Assembly (NCBI RefSeq): GCF_006345805.1
Contig: NC_042997.1
Span: 89,652,001 to 89,716,000 of the forward strand
Direction: 5' to 3'
Origin: Octopus sinensis
Lineage: Eukaryota
Length of the DNA: 64,000 nucleotides
A program made the position numbers and the translations under genes. The notes under the pieces are model-generated. The model ran no database searches. It was not told the origin of the DNA and saw only the letters and a program-made list of their open reading frames with translations. This document shows, piece after piece, positions 50,194-64,000 of the stretch (its first letter is position 1; each line of letters opens with the position of its first letter).

Positions 50194-51619
50194 TAATTGT
50201 AGTATTTTATAAATAAATATGGATAGTAAATCAAATTAATACACTTGTCAGTGTTATCTAGTGGTTGTCTTTTGAGATGTGACATCGATCTTTGTTACTG
50301 AAAGAACGCCAGTTCATAAATACTAACATTCACATACTTCCCTTGTACACGCACACACATATACTCACACAGAGTTAAAACGCTGTTTGATTTTTCTTTT
50401 CAGCGTTGAATGTTCACCATCCCACTTCTATTGCACACACACACACACACATCTCCCTTTTACATACACATACATATACTCGCACAGACTTGGAACGCTG
50501 ATTTTTTTTTTCACCCTTCCTTCCTTTTTCCTCTCTTACTCCTTCCTTTCTCATTCATGTCATCTCATTCGATCCTTCTCTTCGTTCTTACTTTTATGGT
50601 AAATAATAAATCAATCCATATGTTGTGACGGAGAAAAAAACACGAATATTATTATAGTAGATTTAACAGTGGTTTGACTTCTCAATTGAACGTTTGTTAT
50701 TACATACTCTTCATGCAGCAGCCCCCAGTTTAAACTCACTTAACATTAATATATATATATATTGTGTATGTGTGTTGTACCAAAGTACAACATATGTAGA
50801 CAAAATTAAAATTTCTAACCAGGCTGTTTGCTTTTGCTGTAGGAGCGCCTCGCTAGCATTGAAGAAGATAAAGAAGGGACCTAATCTCGTTTATTATCGT
50901 CATCATCATCATTGTGTCTGTAGTTGTGCTAATAATGCAATTTATTGATCCACCTTTGCAGATATATCTTCCTCTTTAGATTATTGCTAAATGCCAACTT
51001 CAACTGCACCATTCATTTTCTTTTGTTCAATTTGGACGATGGTGGCAGAGGAAAGAAAAAGAAAATATAATTCTGTATTTTTTAAGGCTTTTATTTTTAT
51101 TTCTCCTCTCTAACACACACACACGTATGTAATATATTTATGTATTTCTTATTTATTTATTTGGGAAAGTCTCGCTATTTAAAGTGGAAGAGACATTCAC
51201 CGATGTTGTGCGTCGTTCTGATGTTTGTTATTCATTGTTCTACATTTTTAAAGTTTTTGTCTTAATTTCAGTGCTGGAATTTCTTATCAGTAAACAGTTC
51301 AGAACCCGCTTGCACAGCACATACACGCACACAGACATGCTCTCCTGTAATTTTGTCTGTCACTCTAATGGTTTTCTTTTCCCTTCTTCTTTCCTGATAA
51401 TGTTTTGACTATTTATTCACTACTTATCCACTCATTTGTATAATTTAAATAATTTCTCTGTTAGTTATTGCTCCTTTTCTCATATATATGAAGTAAACAT
51501 CAGAGATGCTTTGCCCCAAGCAGAACCTGCGTAAATTACTTCAAGATGTAAGATTATTTTTTAGTCTTGATAGTAAACTAAAGCAGTTATATTGTTGGGA
51601 ATCCTTCAGCGAGTATCTC

Positions 51620-51910
51620 AGAGTCACGAACGTTTCACCTGTATGCTTCGCCTGTGTGGGCAACAAGGATTGGATTAACCTTCGCCTTAAGTTATTAGGG
51701 CTCATCTTCTGTAAGTATCTCCATACAAGATTTCTTCCTTGTTTTGGATTCCAAACCGATATTCTGCAAGAAATAGCACACTACTCTTGCTGTGGAATCA
51801 TGACAGCATATTTCAAAGGGAATGAGGTTACAAGCCATCCTTTAATTGAGTTCTCTGATATATTTAGTTTTCTTCGGTTGGTGAGAAATGTCAAGTCAGG
51901 TCTCCTTGAA
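51620..51910 (-). mobile_element. HERO/NeSL-like RLE endonuclease remnant
   Basis: RRPDLTFL...KGW..CNLIPFEICCH...FLQNIGL across frameshifts; resembles RPD..GW.C..FEVG.RG of RLE LINEs. Confidence 0.45.
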
Positions 51911-53149
51911 ACTAACTTCAGATAGTGTCTGAGAGCTTTGCTTGCCTTTTTCTTTTCTTTTTTTCGTACGCTTATATTCCGACTGGATTGGTGAACTGAA
52001 CCGTTGGTCAACGGTAACGTCTACAGTTCTAGGAGTATAAACATTTTATAATCAACGAAGAAAACAAAATAAGTACAGGCGAACTTAGCTCTATTTTTTT
52101 TTTACATCTTTCAACTATAGATCCGAAAATGAGCCTATTTATAAAATATCACAGTATAACCAGTGGATTGGAATCGGTGGAGCGACAGAGAAAACAGCTT
52201 GTGGTTGTTTTTGGTTCCGTCACTTTGTTTTGTGTTCAGATTTCTCCCAAATCAGTCTTGCCTTTAAAATCTTTTGAGATCGATAAAACAATCGTTAAAA
52301 TGATTATATTTCTATATAATCGACTATACACTTGGAGAGTGTCCCAGCAAGGCTGTAGTCCAGTAAAAGAATAAAAAAATTCTATTATAACATTAAAATT
52401 GCCATAACATAAAATTTCTGGATTCGTATTTTTACTGATTGATTTGATTTTTTTCTTATAGTCTTTATTGATAGTTTATTATTATGTCTTCGTGTGTTTC
52501 CTTTGAACAAGTCGCTTCAAGATCTGTCTGTCTTATTTATCCACCCTCCCACCAATCCGACCTACACGTGTGTATTTTTTCTATGGCCTCGGGTAACCCC
52601 GCCTCATGTTGGCACGATCAACAAACATTCCACTTGTGACCATTCTTTATTTTCTCTCACTCTTAATATATTTAGAACTACATTGTTCCTCTTTTTTTTT
52701 TGTGACAGTAGATTGTGATTTTGAAGGAAATTTCGCTGCTATTTCTCGCTGGCCGAGCTCTATTTGTATCATATATTGTCTTCTTTTTCTCTTTGTTACC
52801 TTTCTGGTAAAAAAATAGAAAAATATTTCATCTGCTTTTCCAGTGTCAGTGTATTGTATCTCCTGCCAAAATCTGTAAGTCATTGGTTTTCAACTTGCAA
52901 ATCGCCAGGGATCTGCGGTGGACTAGTGAAACTTCACGAAAGTTGTGCCGGGAGAACGTGAGCTGTGTTCAAAAGAAACCTTATAGTGTAAACCTACAAC
53001 TATTCACTTACATATAAATTATTCTGGTGTTTGTATATATCTGTCAGTTGTGAGACAAAACTGGGAAAACCATTTTGTTAATAAACCTGGCTTATAAAAA
53101 AATGGACAGGCCTTTCAAAAACTTCGGTGTCCCCGAGGCCATACACAAC

Positions 53150-55100
53150 AATACTTCTATAAATTTATGGGCTTGTGCTCATGCTAGAAACCATCACCAT
53201 GATAATGATAATCGTCTGTTGTAATATCTGGATTCCGACCGCACCCCAAAGCACAACACACACAAATCACTCTTACTCCTTAACCATAGTCCATCTCGTC
53301 GGTATTCAAATTTCATTTCGAAAGATGGTGTCTGCGCAGATTTCTTTTTCATCACCACCCACCTGTCTTACCTGTATATCAGCAACAAAGATTTCCAGTT
53401 ACTCTGGCTCCAAAGTTTCCTTCCCATGCACCTCTACCCAACACCGTCACAACGATCTTCCTAATTCAAAGATATATATCTTAATTCATCCATCGCTGAA
53501 GTCATCGTCCTTCTTCACACTATCTCTCACAATTATACTTTGATCCGAATCTTTCATGATCTTCAATTTTCTACATTAATTAGTTTCCTCTTCAACTCGC
53601 ATCCGACCGACATGCACACACTCGTTCTCGTGGTTTGGAGATTTCTTTCTCATCTCCAATCTATCACCACCTCTGCATCTATCGAGTTGTCCCATCACTA
53701 CTTTATCGCGACAACACCACCTGCAAGACTACCATCCGAATTGCGAAAAATGATTCCGTACATTGCATATCCACACGTTTTGTCGCAACATAGATTGCAA
53801 CGAATCTTTTTGGTCCTTTGCCAAAAGGATCTCTGCAATTTGCGGAATCTCACTTTCGTTTACTGTTCAACCATGATGGTTGTGTAAGCAGTGTACCCAG
53901 AGAGAATGCCTCCACATTTGCTATTTAATTTGTTTCCAATCCATGCAACATACACTTGGTAAATCTCCTCCAAATTCTCCTTCTTCCACTCTACTTGGTT
54001 TGCTAACAAGCACATGTACATACGCCAAGTGTGAAAGCATCACTAGTTGTCACTTCCCATTACTTTCAAACAACGCCAAACAAAGCTAGCCCTTATCCAT
54101 ACCTAACACTTCAGTGCCCCCCCCCCTCTCTCTGGATATACCTTGATCTTTGGGAGCATGCTGCAGTGTGTCTTATTTTTTAGAAGGACAACTCTTCCAA
54201 CCCTTCCAACTACCACCGTATTCCACCCTCTTCCAGTTTCTTAAAGGTGATGGAGACAGCCATTAACAACGATCTTCTCTATCACTTTGAATCTTTCCTT
54301 GCTTCTTGACTACCAGTACATCTTTAGTAAAGCCAGAGATTTACCAGTGGGATGTTGCTCTCAATAAATTTAGTGGTAACAGTTTTTCTCTCGATATCAG
54401 CAAAGCTTTAAGACTCTGTCTAGCATGCAAATCATGTGTCAAAAACTGCTCTCCTATGAGTTCCATCCATTTCTCATCAGGTTGCACTATGGCAGCGTGT
54501 GCTGAAGTAATCCACATTCCATCGACTCTTATGTGCTCCAGGGTTTGCTTTTATTCCCCATACTATCCTTCTTATTTGCCGTCACCATCAACTACGCCCA
54601 CTCCTACGCAGATGAAATAACTTTTCATGTCATCTTCACTTCCCACACCCAAGCATAATTCACTTGCAGTCAACACGACTCACACCAAACCTGTACAAAC
54701 TCAATGAACAGAAATCTCAAAAAAGTTATCCAATAGGGTCATCACCTAATAATCACAAAGCTAGATATTTTATTTTCTTGAGCCATCATATATACTTCAT
54801 TTCCGGCGCTGTTCTTACACATACAGACATCCCATAGGGCATCCAAAGAAAGGCCTAATTCGCATAAAATCCCTCACTAACACACCCTATCTTGATAGAC
54901 GTGTTTGTTTGCCTCTTCTCTCGTCCTCTACTCCTCGGAGCTGGCTGTTCTCATCCCATCCCCTCTCAAGTGCTCCTTTCTCACATGTCTCTCCTCTTCC
55001 CATTACTCCTCTCCGAACATGCACTGACCACCTCGTCAGATGTTTTCCAGAACGTCTGACATCTGGAATCCCCTTCCTGCACATGTTTATTTAGCCAGCT
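53150..55100 (+). mobile_element. Old CR1/L2-type LINE, heavily decayed
   Basis: SNY..I.....KVMETAINN (54200-54280), FSLDISKA (54385-54405), VLQG..L remnant; homologous to 1990-2145. Confidence 0.6.
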
Positions 55101-57029
55101 ATCGAACGGCCTAGGTTTTATCCTGTTTTGGAGGGCCTGCGAAGGAGCATAGTCCCTCCCACCGGCCTCAACCCAGTCCTTGTCGTCGTCGTCATCATTA
55201 TCATCAATAGCAGCAACATTTCATTAAAAATATTTATTTTATCAGCAAAACTACTTGTTGTTGTTGTGTGTGTGTTGTGGGGAGGGAGAAACCGCTTCGC
55301 TCTTTTAGGGGTGACTTGAAACACATCATCAATGTGTCCTTCCCTTTCTGAAGTCAGTGGAGTGGTGGTGGTGATTTTGAGGGATATTTATGTGCTATTC
55401 TACCAAATTGAGCAACTACTTACAGGTTTCCTTTAGCTCGTATATGTAACGTAGTTTTTGTTTGTTTAGCCCCAGGTCAGCCCTTATCAAGCAGTCAGAC
55501 CTCTGGTCAAAAAGTTTTTCAGCTATATCCGTGCCCCTTTTTCCTCTTGAATATAGACAAGCATTATCTAATATTTTCTTTGGTAACAGTGCAGCGTGTT
55601 CGAGAGAGATATGGCTGCTGTTTCTAGCAGATGGAGCCACAAGTAAATTTGTATATATGTCTGTGTGTATTCTGTTCAACTGATTGTAAGTGTTCATGTT
55701 TTCAGTTATATTTGTTAAAAATCTTTCGCATATTGCATATTATGTTGATCTACTTCCTACTACTGCTGCTGTTGTTTGTTAAAGGTTGTATTTAGCTTTT
55801 CTTGGCCTTAGTCGCCCTCACTTCAGGAACAAACTCCCGCCTCCCAAATCTCTCTCTCGTATAATTCATGCTTTAACGAATCCATAATTTCTTTCATCAC
55901 TACATACACAATACTTTTTCCTTTCTCACCCTCCTTTCACACTTATAACAGACTCTCACACTAATTTCTTTCTTTCTCTCGATCATGCGAATTAAATCTC
56001 ATATATTTTCAAGCATCTGTGTATCCACGCCACACATACACACACACACTATCACATAACACTCACTTTCTGAAAACACTAGTTCACATATACATTCTTT
56101 TTCATGTCCATTTCCTTCACACGTAGACTCGTGCATAAACATCAGCTTTCTCTTTCTCACATATGCATACACACAGACACACACACACACACACCAGTTT
56201 CTCTTTCCTGTCAAACCAAATATTTAATGTTCCCTATAATAAATTTTATTTTTCTCTTAGATCACAACTGTATCATCTAGTTTCGATTCTCAGATGGAGA
56301 CGCTTCACTTCTCTTCACTAACATCACATGATACTTCTGGCAAAACCATAAACCTCATACCTCCTCCCGCTTAGATTCCTTCTATAATTCCTTAGTTGCT
56401 CTCACTTCTCTGTCTGCCTGTCTCTCTCGTGTCTTACTGTTTTTGTTGTCAGTTTTGTTTATTTTCTTTTTATATCAGTGTTTTCGTTTTTCTGTCACGA
56501 AGCTTATTGAAGACAACCTTCTGTCGCCGTCTCTTTCGTATTTTTTTTTTTAAATGTATTTTTAAATACCAAATTCGTATGCGATTTAATTAGAAGTGAA
56601 CTAATTTCTTTAACTCTTCGTTGCTACCACCACTACCGGAGAAACACTCAATCTCGTGCGCACGTAGATATGTGTGAATGTATGAATGCATGCTCCGAGA
56701 TGTGATTGAGTAAACTCTTATTCGTTGTTTTGTTTGTTCAAATGCAACTGGCGTCAGTTTTGCCCTTCATCCTTTTTCGGGTCAATAAAATGAGTACCAA
56801 TTGAGCATTGGGGGCGATGTAATCGACTTGCCTGAAATTACTTGCTTTGTGCCAAAATTTAGAACTAATATTATCTGATGCTATGTGGAAGAGAGTATGG
56901 GTGATTAAATATATACCCTTTCTATTTAAAAGGGATGAACTCAAATTTAAGCAGTATGTTTTTTTTTGTTGCCTTTTTTGCTCATTGAATTACTGTGTAT
57001 AGATCAGATTGAACCCTATTCAGTCATAT

Positions 57030-57370
57030 ATGCCATTGATGACTTTCTTGAACTAATCTGAAAAGATTTTTACTTTATTTTTTGTGACATTTGCAATGTC
57101 ATTTAAGTAAGTAATAAACAGAAGTGGACCCAGTACAGTACCTCAAGGGACACCACTTATGACTTTTGTTGGCCTTTAATAAATGGCATCAATCACAACA
57201 TGTTGAGTTTTGCTTGCTAAGGAATATTTAATCCATTGTGATAGCTTTCCAAAGACACTAATGTTGTAAAGTTCTTGAGCAGAGTACAGTAGTTCTCTGT
57301 CAAAACTTTACTGAGGTCAAGATATATAACATCCGCATTGAAGCTTTCTCTCAGAGCTTTCACAATATCA
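57030..57370 (-). mobile_element. CR1 RT core fragment
   Basis: DVIYLDLSK.FD...SGVP*GTVLGPLLFITYLND...IFSD. Confidence 0.8.
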
Positions 57371-57459
57371 TAAAGTTCTGGGCTTTATTTGTTTGACTAA
57401 ACCCTTCGAGGGTGCAGTCCAGTGACTGAAACAAGTAAAAGATGAAAGGTACATTTTTT

Positions 57460-57691
57460 AAGGTGGCGAGCTGGCAGAATTGTTAGCACGCCGGGCGAAA
57501 TGCGTAGCCGTATTTCGTTTGCCGTTACGTTCTGAGTTCAAATTCCGCCGAGGTCGACTTCGCCTTTCATCCTTTCGGGGTCGATAAATTAAGTACCAGT
57601 TACGCACTGGGGTCAGTGTAATTGACTTGATCCGTTTGTCTGTCCTTGTTTGTCCCCTCTGTGTTTAGCCCCTTGTGGGTAGTAAAGAAAT
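57460..57691 (+). mobile_element. Complete SINE family A long-tail copy with 13-bp target-site duplication
   Basis: AGGTACATTTTTT at 57447-57459 and 57692-57704; CpGs retained, so young. Confidence 0.92.
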
Positions 57692-58096
57692 AGGTACATT
57701 TTTTTCATATACACTTTTTTTTATTTCAATACATACTCTTGTTCCATGTTCACACTTATTATTATGCTATAGATACATGTCACTTACATAACAGTAACAT
57801 TGAAAAAACTTTCCAAGTAGTAACAATAAATGTAATCTCGACTCTCCAATAATCACCTCCACTCTACTTTTGCATTTAGTACTTTTCCTTTTGTTAGTAA
57901 ACTCTGTCATACTGACACTTATCTAGAAAGGAAGCTATTTATCACAAATACTATTAATGTTATCAAATAGTTATTACTATCAAAGTTAGCTTGTCATAAA
58001 CATGCTCAAAATATTACTCCATTCTCTCTTTAACTCTGTTAGCCTTTTGTTCTTTTCTACAAAGCTCTATCTCAAAGTAATTACAGGTGGCCTCCA

Positions 58097-58131
<35 letters not shown>

Positions 58132-58149
58132 TTTATCTATGTATGAAAT

Positions 58150-58495
58150 ATTTGAAGAATGACCTCAGGAAGCTGAATCTTTCTGGCGAGATGACAAAGG
58201 ACCTAGATACCTGGTGCCTGACCATACTGAACAAGTCCCGTACCCTGCAACAGAAGTGTTAATAATGATCTGCTGGTGTAAGGTACTCATGGTGATACCA
58301 CATAAAAGCACCTGTGCTGTGCCATGTAAAAGAGCTTGTGTGGCACCGTGTAAAAGCGCTTGTGTGGCACTGTGTAAAAGCACCCATGTGGTGCCACATT
58401 CAAGTGATGTGCAGTGTCACATATATGCACCCAGCACAGTTTGTAAAGTGGTTGGTGTTAGGAAAGGGCATCCAGCTGTAGAAACAACGTCAAAT
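58150..58495 (+). mobile_element. RTE 3' end with tandem UTR subrepeats
   Basis: LKNDLRKLNLSGEMTKDLDTW; TGTGGCAC.TGTAAAAGC repeats; GGAAGGGCATCCAGCTGTAGAAAC. Confidence 0.75.
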
Positions 58496-58745
58496 CAAAT
58501 AACGGAGAAATAGTATAAAAATACAAATGGAAATAACAGGACATTAACAACAGGTGTCTTTCAACTAAGGGCGAATTAAATTAAGTTGGTTTGTGTGGAA
58601 GTGAAGCCTTATGGCAGGGATATAGAAGATGACAGGCATGGGGAGGAATATAGATGTTGCACGGATGGCAGTCAAATCAAGAAAGAAAGGTCAGACTTGG
58701 CCAAATACCGGTCACGTGGAGAGAGAAGAGGAAGAGGTAAAGGCA

Positions 58746-59940
<1,195 letters not shown>

Positions 59941-59941
59941 A

Positions 59942-60324
59942 ATAGCAGTATCGCCCGGCGTTGCTCAGGTTTGTAAGGGAAATAACTATAAAGCATTTTT
60001 AGAGAGTTATAGCCAAAAAATAGCAAAAAAAATGGGAAAAAAATTATGGTAAATTTTTTTTGAGAGTTAAAAAAGGTGGAGTTGCGTCCCCTAGACGGTC
60101 TGTGGTTTGGGTTTCTGATTCTTGACCCCATGTCGAATTTATCGATTTTTTTCAGAACTGGGGGAACTTTTCAAAATTTTCGCTGCGTTAGTTTTGAATT
60201 ATGACATTGGGCTATGTGTGTGTCAAGTTTCATCAGAATCGGTTGAAAGCCGTGGTCAGAGTGAGGGTACGAGAAAACAGACACACAGAAAACGCACAGA
60301 CAAACTGCCGTTTATATAGAGAGA
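59942..60324 (-). mobile_element. Non-autonomous Helitron, 383 bp, inserted in TA microsatellite
   Basis: Minus: A/TCTCTCTATATAAA 5' end; subterminal hairpin CC(T)GAGCAACGCCGGG 8-10 nt before CTAT (CTAG mutated); AAGTTTCATCAGAATCGG body motif. Confidence 0.75.
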
Positions 60325-60436
60325 TATATATATATGTATGTGTATATATATGTATATATATATATGTATGTGTATATATATGTGTATATATATGTATGTG
60401 TATATATATATATATATATATGTATGTATATATATG

Positions 60437-60493
<57 letters not shown>

Positions 60494-60525
60494 GTATATA
60501 TATGTATATATATATATATATATAA

Positions 60526-61572
60526 CGGGAAGCTTTATGAAAATAAACAAAAGACGAAGGCAGGTGGAAAACAAACGAACAATTGTATTAGTATGGCGCT
60601 CAGGAAATATAAATAAAACAAGTCTTTAACGTTTCGAGCCTACGCTCTTCAACAGAAAGATACACAGAGAGAGAAAAACACAGAAAGAAGGAGAGAAAAA
60701 AAATGCGTGCAGTAGCTAACGAATCAACATGGCGATCTGATTTCGGCCAGAGGTCAAAGATCAAACATGAGACGCGAGAGCGAAATAAGGGGAGATAATA
60801 GGGTTGATAAACGGGTTGAGGGACCAGCTAAGAGTGCGTGGGAGGGGTCTGGATGTGTGTATGTATAGGGTTGGTGTATGTATTAGTATGTATAAGGGTG
60901 TGTGTGTGTGTGTGTGTGTGTATATGAGAGAGTATTAGTGCGTAAGATTGGTCTGGACGTGCGTATGTATGGGGTTGGTGTATGTATTAGTATGTATTAG
61001 TATGTATTAGTACGTATTGGTATGTATAGGTATGTGTGTGTGTGTGTGAGAGAGTATAAGTGCGTATGCGGGGTCTGGACGTGTGTATGTATAGGGTTGG
61101 TGTAAGTATTAGTATGTACTAGTATGTATTAGTACGTATTAGTATGTATTAGTTGGTGTGTGTATTAGTATGGCACATCATATGTGATGTGATGTGTAAA
61201 GTCATGTGGTGTAGTGAGGAGAAGAGGGGGAGGGGAATAAGAGGGGGAGGAGAAGGGGAAGAGGAGAGGATGGGGGAGAAGGAAGGGGAGGAGGGGGATG
61301 AAGGAGGAAAGAGGGAGAGGGGGAGAGAGGGAGTGAGGGAGCAGAGGGAAGGGGAAGAGGGAGGGAGAAAGAGGGAAGAAGGGAAGGGGAGTAGGGGTGA
61401 AAGGATGGAGGACTGAAGAAGTAGGGGTCGGGGGGAGAAAGGATAGGTGAGGAGGGGGGAGAGGGGGGTTAGATGAGGAGGGGGGGGAGAGTTGAGACCA
61501 AATGGCGTATAAGAGCGAAGAGAGAAGATTAATTCCTGTTCACAGCGCAAACGGGAATCCGGATGGCCTCTG
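60526..61572 (-). mobile_element. Penelope-like element 3' end (GIY-YIG C-terminus + long 3' region with HHR)
   Basis: [21 protein letters not shown] matches the PLE endonuclease end E..I..L....P.GLN; HHR-like motif at 60623-60660 on the same strand. Confidence 0.75.
60623..60660 (-). ncRNA. Variant minimal hammerhead motif (CUGUUGA core, loopless stem III)
   Basis: Minus: UCUUU CUGUUGA A GAGC-GUAG-GCUC GAAAC GU U AAAGA. Confidence 0.5.
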
Positions 61573-61602
61573 TGTATATATATATATGTATGTATATATA
61601 TG

Positions 61603-61649
<47 letters not shown>

Positions 61650-61650
61650 G

Positions 61651-61688
<38 letters not shown>

Positions 61689-61802
61689 GTGTATATATAG
61701 TATATATATATATATATATATATATGTGTATATATATGTATATATATATATATATATATATGTGTGTATATATATGTATATATTATAATATATATGTGTA
61801 TA

Positions 61803-61833
<31 letters not shown>

Positions 61834-61839
61834 TGTATA

Positions 61840-61888
<49 letters not shown>

Positions 61889-62017
61889 ATATATATATAT
61901 ATATATATGTGTATATATATATATATATATGTGTATATATATATATATATATGTGTATATATATATATATATATATGTGTATATATATATATATATATAT
62001 GTGTATATATATATATA

Positions 62018-62058
<41 letters not shown>

Positions 62059-62181
62059 TATATATATATATGTATGTGTGTATATATATAATATATGTAT
62101 GTGTGTGTGTATATATATATATATGTATGTGTGTATATATATATATATGTATGTGTGTATATATATATATGTATGTGTGTA

Positions 62182-62217
<36 letters not shown>

Positions 62218-62318
62218 ATATATATATATATATATGTATGTGTGTATATATATATATATGTATGTGTGTGTATATATATATATGTATGGTGTGTGTATAA
62301 TATATATATGTATGTGTG

Positions 62319-62349
<31 letters not shown>

Positions 62350-63531
62350 AATATATATATATTATGTATGTGTGTATATATAATATATGTATGTGTGTAT
62401 ATATATATATATGTATGTGTGTATATATATATATGTATGTGCGTATATATATATAGTATGTGCGTATATATATATATATGTATGTGCGTATATATATATA
62501 TATGTATGTGCGTATATATATATATATGTATGTGAGTATATATATATATATGTATGTGTGTATATATATATATATATATGTATGTGTGTATATATATATA
62601 TATATATGTATGTGTGTATGTATATATATATATATGTATGTGTGTATATATATATATATGTATGTGTGTATATATATATATATATATGTATGTGTGTATA
62701 TATATATATATGTATGTGTGTATATATATATGTATGTGTGTATATATATATGTATGTGTGTATGTGTGTATATATATATGTATGTGTGTATATATATATA
62801 TATATGTATGTGTGTGTATATATATATGTGTATGTGTGTATATATATATATATGTGTATGTGTGTATATATATATATGTGTATGTGTGTATATATATATG
62901 TGTATGTGTGTATATATATATATATGTGTATGTGTGTATATATATATATATATGTGTATGTGTGTATATATATATATATGTGTATGTGTGTATATATATA
63001 TATATGTGTATGTGTGTATATATATATATATATGTGTATGTGTATATATATATATATGTGTATGTGTGTATATATATATATGTGTGTATGTGTATATATA
63101 TATATATATGTGTATGTGTGTGTATATATATATATATATGTGTATGTGTGTGTATATATATATATATGTGTATGTGTGTATATATATATATATATATAAT
63201 ATATGTATGTGTGTATATATATATATATATGTATGTGTGTATATATATATATATATGTATGTGTGTATATATATATATATGTATGTGTGTATATATATAT
63301 ATATATGCATGTGTGTATATATATATATATGTATGTGTGTATATATATATATATATGTATGTGTGTATATATATATATATATGTATGTGTGTATATATAT
63401 ATATATATGTATGTGTGTATATATATATATATGTATGTGTGTATATATATATATATGTGTGTATATATATATATGTATGTGTGTATATATATATATATAT
63501 GTATGTGTGTATATATATGTATATATATATG

Positions 63532-63572
<41 letters not shown>

Positions 63573-63620
63573 ATATATATATATATGTATGTGTGTATAT
63601 ATATATATATATGTATGTGG

Positions 63621-63651
<31 letters not shown>

Positions 63652-64000
63652 ATTATATATATATATGTGTATGTTGTATATATATATATGTATGTGTGTA
63701 TTATATATATATATATGTATGTGTATATATATATATATATGTATGTGTGTATATATATATATATATGTATGTGTGTATATATATATATATGTATGTGTGT
63801 ATATATATATATATGTATGTGTGTATATATATATATATATATATTGTGTATGTGTGTATATATATATATATGTGTATGTGTGTATATATATATATATGTG
63901 TATGTGTGTATATATATATATATGTGTATGTGTATATATATATATGTGTATGTGTGTATATATATATATATGTGTATGTGTGTATATATATATATGTGTA
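61573..64000. repeat. More than 2.4 kb of GTATGTGT(GT)(AT)n minisatellite, runs off right edge
   Basis: ~16-24-bp units; variant blocks (GTGCGT at 62440-62515, GTGTATGTG at 62810-63180). Confidence 0.95.

Noticed and set aside
51506-51925. 139-aa plus-strand ORF
   Set aside because: No motif; better explained as the antisense of the RLE endonuclease remnant.
57460-57560. tRNA-like A/B boxes (also 4720-4807, 10370-10440, 12780-12868)
   Set aside because: No cloverleaf or anticodon arm; they are SINE heads followed by SINE core and tail.

Overview
Eukaryotic, AT-rich, microsatellite-saturated non-coding DNA. The SINE, RTE-tail and Penelope-type repeat families look like those of octopus genomes (inference from recall, not a database hit). 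No intact protein-coding gene is visible, and almost all long ORFs in the track are microsatellite or CT-rich translation artefacts. The window is a nested transposon graveyard. It holds a CRE-like RLE LINE, a near-complete decayed RTE LINE plus many RTE 3' tails, a Tc1 element and TA-flanked MITEs, a Tx1/L1 element, Dong/R4-, HERO- and CR1/L2-type fragments, Helitron/Helentron derivatives, two SINE families and a Penelope 3' end. The most interesting signal is RNA-level: five minimal type I hammerhead ribozyme (HHR) motifs from four unrelated repeat contexts. These are a 365-bp retrozyme-like unit with 73-bp terminal direct repeats, an inverted twin-HHR palindrome, an HHR with intact core and a 92-nt structured stem II extension, and a variant HHR downstream of a Penelope GIY-YIG C-terminus. 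A visibly CpG-depleted block (~13-33 kb) may mark a methylated host gene body containing at most a micro-exon. All structures and translations were read by eye; element boundaries are approximate unless terminal motifs are quoted.
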